From: Plasmodiophora brassicae
Lineage: Eukaryota
Reading direction: 5' to 3'
DNA length: 64,000 nt
NCBI GenBank assembly: GCA_036867785.1
Contig: CP145410.1
Location: 1,240,001 to 1,304,000 of the forward strand
Positions within the stretch are counted from its first letter, which is position 1, and each line of letters opens with the position of its first letter. A program made the translations under genes and the position numbers. Of the stretch, positions 23,574 through 33,716 are shown piece by piece. The notes under the pieces were generated by a model that saw only the letters and a list, made by a program, of their open reading frames with translations, was not told the DNA's origin and made no database searches.

Positions 23574-24374
23574 CTACGACATCAGAAAATCCATCAGAGC
23601 GGCCCGACGAGAACTAAGGTCACCGGCGCCTACATACTCGACATTAGGTGCTGGATAATCCAAAGTCAGAAAACAATGGTTACCGAAATTGATGTTGAAA
23701 AACCACTCTAAACGCGCGAGATGCGCGCCTTGCATGGTATTCAGTGCCGACGAATTCAGGCCAGCTTGCGGGAAGAACGGCACATCAGGAAGTGGCGCCC
23801 CGACAGGGAATTCGGCAGCGCCGGCAGGGATTGCATCAGAGAATGCTGCGGGTACTTGACCGGCCGGATGGCCAGGCCTCTCCTTGAGCACTGGAAGCAG
23901 CGACATGTTCAGTCCCGCCAGGCTTGCGTTGCGGGCCCTGATTCGCGTGTTGTGAACCATGGCGGAGATGCTGTCCAGCCTGGCGGAGATGCCGTCCAGC
24001 CTGGCGGTGACGGGCGCCAGCGATGCCGCCATGGCAGGCGCAAACCAGGCAGGAGCGTCAGCAGCTGGATAGACTTCCGCGGAAGGTTGACTCAGGATCG
24101 CATGCTCCCGAACCTGGCCACCGGCGACCTCGTCGGCGGTGATCAGGCCGGGGTGTGCCAGTCGAAGGCGCTTGCGCGCATCCACTTCCGCCGCCGCGTC
24201 TAGGACGTCCTGGGCGGCCATGGGAGCGCCCGCGGCGACTCCAGCGGCAGACGAGCCGGCAACGACCGCCTGTCCTGCCGCCTGCGACAGCCGGGACGGC
24301 AACCGAGTATCATCACGCCAAAAGGGGGTCCCTACGGTCCGCCGCAGCGCTGCGGTCGTCAGTCTGATCGCCAT
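23574..24374 (-). CDS. Mug135/DUF1773-like protein with heptad repeats; N-terminus rearranged
   Basis: APAWFAPAMAASLAP, heptads ARLDGIS-ARLDSIS, ARN..LLPVLKE, FFP..LARLEWFFNINF. Likely 54-bp intron 23630-23683 gives FGAGDLSSRRAALMDFL. Family recalled. Confidence 0.6.
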   Translation of the reverse strand: MAIRLTTAALRRTVGTPFWRDDTRLPSRLSQAAGQAVVAGSSAAGVAAGAPMAAQDVLDAAAEVDARKRLRLAHPGLITADEVAGGQVREHAILSQPSAEVYPAADAPAWFAPAMAASLAPVTARLDGISARLDSISAMVHNTRIRARNASLAGLNMSLLPVLKERPGHPAGQVPAAFSDAIPAGAAEFPVGAPLPDVPFFPQAGLNSSALNTMQGAHLARLEWFFNINFGNHCFLTLDYPAPNVEYVGAGDLSSRRAALMDFLMS

Positions 24375-24718
24375 GAACTACTCGGTTGCCGTCCCGGCTG
24401 TCGCACCGCTGTCGCAGGCGGCAGGACAGGCGGTCGTTGCCGGCTCGTCTGCCGCTGGAGTCGCCGCGGGCGCTCCCATGGCCGCCCAGGACGTCCTAGA
24501 CGCGGCGGCGGAAGTGGATGCGCGCAAGCGCCTTCGACTGGCACACCCCGGCCTGATCACCGCCGACGAGGTCGCCGGTGGCCAGGTTCGGGAGCATGCG
24601 ATCCTGAGTCAACATTCCGCGGAAGTCTATCCAGCTGCTGACGCTCCTGCCTGGTTTGCGCCTGCCATGGCGGCATCGCTGGCGCCCGTCACCGCCAGGC
24701 TGGACGGCATCTCCGCCA
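23981..24718. repeat. Inverted repeat: arms 23981-24309 and 24379-24718, 69-bp spacer
   Basis: Arms are reverse complements. Differences seen by eye are one substitution (24614) and an 11-bp insertion (CCGCTGTCGCA) in the right arm. Confidence 0.95.
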
Positions 24719-24750
24719 CCCCCTTTTGGCGTGATAAACCTTGCTGGTAA
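24373..24750 (+). pseudogene. Truncated inverted copy of the Mug135-like gene (125 aa ORF)
   Basis: MNYSVAVPAVAPLSQAAGQ...ARLDGISA matches the minus-strand gene from LSQAAGQ onward (one P/H change), then TPFWRDKPCW*. The C-terminal domain is missing. Confidence 0.7.
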
Positions 24751-25804
24751 CAACGGGACGACCTCGACGTCAGCAGTTTCGGATGTCCGGTGTTTAGTGG
24801 AATGAATCAATGTGTCGTGCTGGGGTGTCAGGTGATGGGGCGCTGGAATGTTCTGCAGTCGCGCGGTCTGGGCAACCAGACCCTGAGAGCTATGAGTGCC
24901 GGAATGTTCCGTGGTGCTGCTGATGGAATGTTCTGCGGTGTTGGCTGCTGGGTCGTAACGTCATCATCAGCGACAAAATTCCAACTGCTGTCGGCCCGCC
25001 CGGCATCTCGACGGGCGCTTGCTGATGACCGCCATCGTGTCGGCAGAGTGCTAGCTAGTGGCCTGCCATGGGCAGGATGCTGCCGCCCGTGCATTACGGT
25101 TCGTGGGGTGGGCGACGCTCATCAGGTTCACTTGATTTACAAGAGGCGCCAGAACACGTGGACAGATAGGGAGACCCTGCGGGTCGATCGCCATTCAACG
25201 AGTGAGTATGTCCGGCGTCTTGCGCGTCCTGACTCACTTCTTGATGACGTTCAGCTGGCTCGTCTTGAAGCAATCGGATTGACTGATCAGCCCCGCGTTC
25301 ACGACTGAACCTCCATCGACTGCTGCTGAACAGGGCTAATGCCCAGAGCTGCCAACAGATCGGAGCCGATGAGAGTGACTGTGACTGTGTCCGTGATCCA
25401 AGTGTTTCTTCCGAGTGATGCAAATATTTGTTTCCACCGTAAGTACCATGAATACCCATTTCGATACTTCTTCACTGTGGTGATGGTCACCGCCCGGACG
25501 GAGAAGCATCCTCCGTATTCAGTTTCGCTTCCAATAGGCAAACAGATATCAGTTGTATGACCACCGATACGTCCTAAGGAATGTGAGCCGCACACTTGGC
25601 AGAGCTCAGTTTACTGCTAATGCTTTTCGCTATCGGAATTCATATATGCATGGCAACCATGGTTCATACATTCGCTTGAGCGTGAAGGAGAGTCGCTACG
25701 TTCCGCGTTGCGGAATGGGGAATGTGGCCCTTGCGAGTTGCGGTACGCACGCGGACTTCCTGCGGCTGGCATTGGCAGCCTGAGGCGCCTACGAGGAGTC
25801 GACA

Positions 25805-28800
25805 ATGGCCGGGGCGGATGGCGACCGCTCCCGATTGCGACCACTGTCGTCGGACGATGAGGACGTCGAGTCGGCGCGCGTGACGCCGGATTCTTGCGTG
25901 GACCTGCTCGTGGAATGGATTCACAAGGTGGGCGCTGGACGGGTTCAGCTCGAACGCCTGTCCGAATTCTTTGCCGAACAGCCGGACAGTGTTCGGACCC
26001 TCGTCCGTCCGACCGTCAAGCGGTTCCTGCAGCGTCACGCTGATGGCGCCGTACGGTTAGAGGTCGAGCCCGGTCCACCTCGCTGCCAATACCTTGTCGC
26101 TGTCGAGGAAACCGACGACATCTGTGTCTTCGCACCTATGCTTGGCGACCTCGTTCGTGGACAAAAGGACCGCCTTCCTGTCAAGTACGTGCCCAAAGTT
26201 CTCGTCGAGCGTATCACCAAGCACGCCCCCTCCATTGAGGAATTCGTTGACAGGCACGGGCTCTTTTTCGATTTGACGATGGGTGATGACGAAGACGGTC
26301 GCGTCGTATGCAATATCGCCAAGAGCGACACCGCTGTTGTGCAACATGATGACGTAATTCCAGAAGTTGTCACAACTCTCGCTCGTGCGGAATCTCTCGT
26401 CCAGGTCGAGCTCGTCGACCTGAAGTGCGTTGCGCTTGCAATCCGTCCCGGCCTTCTGTGTATGGCTGCCCCACCTTCCACTGTCCTGCTCTTCGACACG
26501 CAGACCTGTCCCGCTCTTGTTCACGATTCTGGACTGTCCAAGCTTCTGTCCAGTTCGGCGGTCACGACCATTGTTCACGACTCGGCTTCGTTAGCGTCGA
26601 TATTCGGTACAGACATTCCCCGGGTGTTTGACGTTCAGGTCGCTCATCAGCTTCTGACGTCGACGACGGATCCGGCGCCACTTGAGCTCGTGCTGAAAAC
26701 CTACTCATCCTTCGTGGTTTCCTCAGGCTGTGATTCATTGTCTGCTGAAACCTGGGACGAACGTCCCGTTGCCAGCGCGGTCATCCAGCATGCCCAACAG
26801 CGAGTGGAATATCTGATCGACTCGTTTGCAGAACTTTCGGATCGTCTGGATCCATCCGTAATTGAGGCTGTGTACAGTCGAGCGTCGGCGACCGGTCGTC
26901 AGGTTCCTACAGAAACCCCACCTGCAGAGGAACCGCCAGCCCAGCCAAACACCGAGCCCCAAGCGCCTCTGCCAAGCGAGTTGCCCTCTGCGGCACCATT
27001 ACCGTCAAACCTTGATGACGCTCTTCGGCAGTTTGGGGACGCCTTTGAATCGGACAAGCATGGGATCTCAGTCAGCGGTTCGATCGCGCCGCTGCAAGCG
27101 CCAGTGCTTACTGGTGTGACCTGCTCTGTCAACTTGACGATCACTGGCTCTAGCGAGTTCTCGATGGTGACCTGCACACTTCTTCAGTCGTCCTGGCAGG
27201 ACCCTCCTCCGTTTTCCGTGACCCCTGCGCTGAAACGCGATTCGCATCAGGCCCCTGTTGGGCCGTCAGTAGACGTCGTGGTCTCGTTTCGTTCGTCACT
27301 TCCGGGCTGCTACCGTGCGGCGTTGCTGATGGAGTTTCAATCCGTATCGGAAGGTGACGGGGAATCTGAACACAGCCCTGGCCGTATCGTGATTGGGCGC
27401 ATGTTTGACAACGTCAACTGTGTCGAGCCGCACCGCGCTTCATCGATTGCAGAACTGGGGCCTCAGAAGCCGTTCCAACCGCGAAAGCGGTTTACCCGAT
27501 TCGGCCGCGTCGAGCGGGACACGTTCGATCGGGACGCGATTGGAAGCCCGCCACCCATGAAGACCGCATCGTCGCTGGCCCCATACAACGTCCCTGCCAA
27601 GTTCAAGCTGCCGGACGACTTCGCCGCCGTCCCCTCCATCGAAGGATACGCTGAGCGGTTCCATCAACTGCTGTTTGCAGAAGAAGTCAAAGTTCGCGCC
27701 GACCAACGCAACTACGACCTGTCGGACGCCCCGCTTATGCCCATTGATGGGTCGAAGGGGCGGTACCGCGTCGCTGTCGCTGGGCTGGCTGAGAAGCGCC
27801 CGTCTGTTCTAGTCCTCGACGATGTGTTCCTTCTGTTCTGCGACCAGACCTATCGTGCGCGAGTGATGGCCGTTGAACAGGATCACATCCAAATTGTAAC
27901 CGGAGAGACGTTCCGGGCCCGGTGCGGGTCGTCTCCTCGCGCCGACATCCGATTCGTTCACAATCGGAAGTCGTTCAAGCTGTCCCATCAAGGCGTCGAC
28001 GCGTTCGATCCTGCGATCCATGGAGATCTCGTGTTCCCGAGTGGTGATGCTCGCATCGACGATAGCAAGTCATCCTCGGATCGTCAAGTGGACGTCGACC
28101 CCAAACTCAACGACGAACAGCGTTCCGCCGTTCAGAATTTAGTCGAATTCGACCAGCGAAGCCGCGTGCCTTACGTCATCTTCGGCCCACCCGGTACGGG
28201 CAAGACCGCTACGCTGGTCGAAGCGCTCCGACACATCGTTCGCGTCCACAGCGACATCCACGTGCTCGTGTGCTGCCCAACGAATGCTGCCGCCGACCTG
28301 CTCGTCGAACGTCTCGCTCCTGTGATGCCACCTTCTTCAATGTTCCGCGTCATGGCTCGTAATCGCAAGCAGGTCGAAACGCCATCTGCTGTGCTGCCGT
28401 TCGCCGGCATCTGCGAAGATGGCGACGGATTCGCCAGCCACTCAATGGAGGACATCACGGCTGACAATGTTCGTGTTGTCGTTGCCACGCTGTCCACCGC
28501 GGGCACCTTCGTTAACCTGGGAGTCCCTCGAGGGTTCTTTAAACTCATTGCTGTTGATGAAGCGGGCCAGGCTACTGAGCCCGAACTGATGAGCGTCGTC
28601 GGCCCGCTTGCAGACAAGCAGACCCGGCTCGTCCTGTCTGGCGATCCTGAACAGCTCGGCCCAATCGTCATGTCGAAGGACGCTGCTGCCAAGGGTCTGG
28701 GCGTGTCGCTTCTGGAACGTCTTGTCCGGCTGCCGGTTTATGGCCCGGGCAGTGCATTCATTCAGCGCCTTGTTCGGAACTACCGCTCCCACCCCGCCCT

Positions 28801-29509
28801 GCTCACCGTGCCGAGCGACTTGTTCTACAATTCGAGTTTGGTGGCCTGCGCCAACAAGGCGGTTTCGTATTCGTTCGCCGACTGGATTCATTTGCCGTCG
28901 CCGGGCACTCCCGTCGTGTTCCATGGAGTGGAAGGCGCCGACATGCGTGAAGGCACGTCGCCGTCCTGGTTCAACCCGCACGAAGTCAACGTCGTCCTCG
29001 ACTACGTCGAGCTCATCCAGTGCTCAATCCCGCTGTCCGAGATCGGAATCATCACGCCATACCTGAAGCAGAAAGCCAAGATTAGTCGTGCTCTGGAGGC
29101 AATGGGCCTACGTGGCGTTCGTGTCGGGTCCGTTGAACAGTTCCAGGGAGCAGAGCTCCGCGCCGTTATCATCTCGACGGTGCGAAGCTCGTCCAAACTT
29201 GTCGGTAACGACCTGAAGTTCAATCTCGGGTTCGTCGCCAATCCCAAGCGGTTCAATGTGGCCATTACACGCGCGCAGGCGCTGCTGGTCGTCATCGGCA
29301 ACCCTCGCGTACTCCAGTCGGACAAGAACTGGGATGCTCTCCTCCAGCATTGCCTTCGGAGCGGCGCGTGCAAAGGCGTCGCTCCGAAACGTCCTGCCAC
29401 CGACGTTGGTGAATCGGATGACTCGGGCAATGACTCCAGCTTGAAACCTGCTGCTGACAAGCTGGAGGGCGAGAACGAAAGGAACCCCTCCGAGGTGCCC
29501 ATTGTCTGA
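25805..29509 (+). CDS. MOV10: MOV10/SDE3/Armitage-like SF1 RNA helicase with N-terminal Egalitarian/EXD1-like module (intronless, 1234 aa)
   Basis: GLAEKRPSV, FGPPGTGKT, VDEAGQ, LSGDPEQLGP, NYRSH, REGTSPSWFN, VGSVEQFQG, RFNVAITRA. N-terminal exonuclease-fold motifs VLLFD, IVHD, VFDVQVA, WDERP. Confidence 0.92.
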   Translation: MAGADGDRSRLRPLSSDDEDVESARVTPDSCVDLLVEWIHKVGAGRVQLERLSEFFAEQPDSVRTLVRPTVKRFLQRHADGAVRLEVEPGPPRCQYLVAVEETDDICVFAPMLGDLVRGQKDRLPVKYVPKVLVERITKHAPSIEEFVDRHGLFFDLTMGDDEDGRVVCNIAKSDTAVVQHDDVIPEVVTTLARAESLVQVELVDLKCVALAIRPGLLCMAAPPSTVLLFDTQTCPALVHDSGLSKLLSSSAVTTIVHDSASLASIFGTDIPRVFDVQVAHQLLTSTTDPAPLELVLKTYSSFVVSSGCDSLSAETWDERPVASAVIQHAQQRVEYLIDSFAELSDRLDPSVIEAVYSRASATGRQVPTETPPAEEPPAQPNTEPQAPLPSELPSAAPLPSNLDDALRQFGDAFESDKHGISVSGSIAPLQAPVLTGVTCSVNLTITGSSEFSMVTCTLLQSSWQDPPPFSVTPALKRDSHQAPVGPSVDVVVSFRSSLPGCYRAALLMEFQSVSEGDGESEHSPGRIVIGRMFDNVNCVEPHRASSIAELGPQKPFQPRKRFTRFGRVERDTFDRDAIGSPPPMKTASSLAPYNVPAKFKLPDDFAAVPSIEGYAERFHQLLFAEEVKVRADQRNYDLSDAPLMPIDGSKGRYRVAVAGLAEKRPSVLVLDDVFLLFCDQTYRARVMAVEQDHIQIVTGETFRARCGSSPRADIRFVHNRKSFKLSHQGVDAFDPAIHGDLVFPSGDARIDDSKSSSDRQVDVDPKLNDEQRSAVQNLVEFDQRSRVPYVIFGPPGTGKTATLVEALRHIVRVHSDIHVLVCCPTNAAADLLVERLAPVMPPSSMFRVMARNRKQVETPSAVLPFAGICEDGDGFASHSMEDITADNVRVVVATLSTAGTFVNLGVPRGFFKLIAVDEAGQATEPELMSVVGPLADKQTRLVLSGDPEQLGPIVMSKDAAAKGLGVSLLERLVRLPVYGPGSAFIQRLVRNYRSHPALLTVPSDLFYNSSLVACANKAVSYSFADWIHLPSPGTPVVFHGVEGADMREGTSPSWFNPHEVNVVLDYVELIQCSIPLSEIGIITPYLKQKAKISRALEAMGLRGVRVGSVEQFQGAELRAVIISTVRSSSKLVGNDLKFNLGFVANPKRFNVAITRAQALLVVIGNPRVLQSDKNWDALLQHCLRSGACKGVAPKRPATDVGESDDSGNDSSLKPAADKLEGENERNPSEVPIV

Positions 29510-29787
29510 TGGTCGCGGCATTCAGTCTCGGCCCGGCCCTCCTTGCCGTCATCGCGGCTGACAAATTTACTAGGTAGGCAGAATACATTTTCTTGTTTAG
29601 CGACGAGCAAGTAAAAGTAGCATCGTCGATGGAATACGTTTCGAATCTCAAAGGTTGGTTAACGGAGACTGAACCGGTGGCACACTCGTGCTCAGGGGGA
29701 ACGTATGACGCGTACGCCTCCCCAAGCAGAGCAACCCCTCCCGTTACAGGAATCATCTCGGCGCCAGGGTGCGGGCGAGGTGCTTGT

Positions 29788-32700
29788 ATGCCGGATGGTA
29801 CTCGGCAGGACGCTCTCGACGGAGCACTGCAACTTCTCATCGACGACGTTACGGCCAAGTACGCTGATCTGCTTCGGCACAAACCGGGGCAACGCGATGT
29901 CGAGGAAGACGTACTGAAATTGTTGCCGACACGAGATTTCGAGTTCCAGGTTTGCTTGGGTGACTCCCTCCATGACATACCGCTGACGGTCGACGATGCA
30001 GAGGAACGAGCTCGTTCGCGGCTGGACTAGACGACTGAAGAACCGAATTGGCCCACTGTTGGAATCTCACCTGAGGGACGATGCGCGCGACACGAGCGCC
30101 AACATCGCCCTATCTCTGAAGGTCAGCACCGGTCGCAAGCCTGGTCGAATTATATCGATGGACTTTGGTGTGGTGCAGAACAGTGCCGAGTATGCCTTGT
30201 TATGCGAAGAAATCGACGCCGAAGTTCAAACGGCAGTGGAACGTCTACAAGGGAAGTCGTGGTTATGGACACCTGGCCATTCGGGTGCATCGTTGGACGA
30301 ATCAAGGCCGCTGGCGTCCGTGCCTGATGGGCACGCATCCTCCTCTTCAAGCGACGACGAGTCGTCGCACAGTCGTGCGGCGAACGCGAATGCCATAAGC
30401 AGTCCTATGGAATGGATGGACACGTCAACGGTATGCTCACAGTCATGTGTCACGACCGTATCGTTTTCCTCGCTGCCATCGCTCGACCGCGTCCCTCCGC
30501 TTCTGGATCAGGTCGTCAACGGCAACGCCGACGAAGCGACCCGTGTCGCGTCGTTGGAGGGCCTGAGAGTCTTCACAGCAACGGAAGTCGTCGCCAACTC
30601 ACAATGGAGTCGAATTCTGGGCGTTCTTCAGGAGGACCGTCATCCCAACCTGCAACAGAGCCTGGTCGCCTACCTGGCCTCGTTATTTGACTCGGCGGTC
30701 CCCGACGTCCAGGCGGCCGATATCCTATTAGCCTGTGGGTTGCGCTAATCCCCAGCTCATTAGCATGTTTGACGATTCCGCCCAGACATGCAGCATTTAC
30801 AGACGATCGAGGCGGCTCCTGCTGGGCGACACATGCGCCTACTGCTGTACATGTTGCACAGGATCCCGCAGGTCTGGCCGTCGATATCCGAATCAGTAGC
30901 GGACCACCTTGTCGAAACGACATTATCGCTGGCCTCAAAGGCCGATGCCTTGCTGGCGTTTGCCAAGCTAGACCCGCCCGCATCCTGGCTAGAAAGGTCA
31001 CTAGGCGTCCGAGTCATCAGGCGCCGGGCCCACCCCCTGACTAACGCCTCGTTGCTACCCAGATGGATGCTCGTCGGATGCACACGCTGGGCGCTGCTTC
31101 GCAGTGCCAGGCTGAAACAGTTCATCGAGACGGTCTATGCGACAGCTGGACCGGACGTTCCTCTGTACAACATCTGCCTGATATGTCACCTGGGACGGTT
31201 CAAGATGGCACGACGGCTGATGCCAAGCACTGCTCTAGGGCGGCTGATGAACCTAGTGGCAGACATATGGGCAGAGGACGCACGCGCGACGAAGAACGCG
31301 CTGTACCCGTTCATTGTTCGCGTCCTGACAGCACCGGTTGTACCTGGCACTACCACCGACATCCACAAAGCTGCCCGAATGCTTCGGGAACATGCTCTCG
31401 ACGGTCGACGCTGTGCAACGGGCGTCCTGGCGCTGAAGGTGATGGATGCACTGTCGAACAACTCACACACCGCCCATCTGGTCACTGAAGGCGATTTCGT
31501 TTGCTGCCTGATCGAAAGGATCCACCATTCGGCCCATTCAATCCCGTTCACAGCTGCTGCTGTAGATTTGCTCTTCGCGCTGTGCCAGAGACGACGCGTG
31601 GTCAACAGCTGGCGACAATCGCCAATCGCCAGTGCGATAGCACGAAGTCTTGACACCGAGGCTCTTCGACCTGTTGCAGAGAGCGCCCTTCTGGCATTGG
31701 CGTCTTCCAGCGCTGGATGCTCGATTATCATCGATCACAGCGAGCTGTTCGCCGAACCGTTTCGACGGCTGCTGTCAGGTGCCTCGACGTCGCGTCTGCA
31801 TCGTCCGGAGCTCTGTAAGCTCACATTGTGGTCTGCTGAGTACGGTTACCTAAATGGTGGGCGCGAGCCTCTCCAGGCAATCCCCCACAAGCTATGCTAT
31901 CGTCGCCGAGAGGTTTCCGGATGCTCGGGGAGTGTGGGCTTATAGAGCACCATATCAGAGGGCTTCGACAGTGCATCGAACATCATCATCGTGGAATGCG
32001 TCCCATTTCGAAGGCGACCGCCTGTCGTCGACGACTAGTTGACGCGATCATGTCGGCCGGAGTGCATTTCCAGCACGTTCAGCCGCTGGTCGCCGTACTT
32101 CTCCAGGAAACTGGCGTGCTGAACACGGCCCAGTTCGTCGACATGGAGGTCGAACGTTTCGGATTGGAAGTACTGCATGAGGTCGTGCACGACTATCGGT
32201 GCTGTGAACGCCTGTTAACCGCGACCCCTGACATGGCGGGCACGCTTCTCGACAAGACCGAGCTGACGCAATGCGACCTAACGGTGGATGACAACTTCAA
32301 TGTCGTTGACGTACGAACAAGAGGCGCAACGTTTTCACCCATGGACGACTTGAACGCTCTTCGCGAGAGCATACACAGGCGTCTATCGGGGTACATACGT
32401 CCTCGCAGCCCGAAGCAACCGCTATCTGACAAGGCAGTTCAGTTCGACCCTGCATGTAAGCAACGGCGGTATCGCAGACGATACCGCGAAATGAATGATG
32501 CCCAGCCTGTCGTTCAGGCCGTTCCGAGCTCGAGTTGGCGTTCGCGAATATTGTTGCTGGCGTTGGCACTGAAACGTTTACACCTGCGTTGCGGGCGTTC
32601 CTACAAGGTCACAGTCCTCTGGGAACCCTAAGCCCTCCTCTAACGATCCCGAGCAGTGCTGGATAATGAAGAAGGGGAGCCCGCGACTGGTGCACCTGGC

Positions 32701-33531
32701 ACACAGGATTTGGACCCGGCGTATTGCGGACGAGTCACGAATAGGTTATCCGACCTGGCGGGAGCCCTGTTACAATCATCATCATCCAACGATCTGCCCC
32801 GATTCGTCGCATCCTACCTGGCGTTCCCGCATCTGGCATCTGGAACCGTTGAGGTCATATGCGTGCGCTGGTGTGCGCTCCCGTCCTACTTGTGATCGTA
32901 CCTGTGCCATAGGTCAACACAGTTGATGAACGACCCCTGGAACTCGACGACTTTGCGGTCAACTGCCTCTGGGTCTGTCTGCAGTCGGGGATGACCCTTG
33001 ACGAGTGTAAGGCTAAGTCTGTAGCGCTCACCACGAAATCAAGCCGCGGGTGTGTTCGGCGAATCGTGGCCTGATTCGTCGGGAATTAACCGCTGGCGTT
33101 TAGGCCGGACCCAGATGTCGTTGGCCAAGCGTTTGAGACGGCGCTGCAATTGCTCGCACCGGATATCATGTACTCGCTGCAGATGATGAGCATTGGGCTG
33201 CCGCAGGTATACTCTCAGTGGGCCGTGTCAACAGGCTGCCTGTTTGCTAATGGATCTGCTGCTAAAGCTCCTGGACGCATGGATTTCACGCGGCCATCAT
33301 ACCGATGGGCATTGGTGCGCCGTCGTCCATTTCGCCATACGGTTATCCATGGGGTCTTGGGGCCTGGCCGCTGATTTCCTATCGCGGCTGAAACGCTCCC
33401 GAAGCGCGCTTCGCGATCGATCGTCATCCGGCTTCGCCACCATCGACTGGATCCTGGAGGTCGTCGCCAGGCTTCCTTGCGATCCGAACGACCTGCTTGC
33501 CCTAACGGCGTACCTAGCCAAAGAGCAGTAA
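29788..33531 (+). CDS. TBC1D32: Broad-minded (BROMI/TBC1D32) ciliary regulator, multi-exon
   Basis: EDVLKLLPTRDFEFQ|RNELVR..KNRIGPLLE matches the BROMI N-terminus; also TRVASLEGLRVFTATEVVANSQW and FETALQLLAPDIMYSLQMMSIGLPQVYSQW (TBC-like C-terminus). Confidence 0.72.
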
Positions 33532-33716
33532 ACTATGATTATGTATTCAGATGTGTGGGGGGCACCACTCTGTTGCATGCGAGGCAGTATGACGGGCTCG
33601 ATAGGTCACTGCGGGGTATTACGTACTGTCGGCCCGCATGTCCGGAATGTTCCACAGCGGTCCGAGAATTTGCGTGACGCGGGCCCGGCGCGTAGGTCAT
33701 TGTTCGTGTTGACGCG

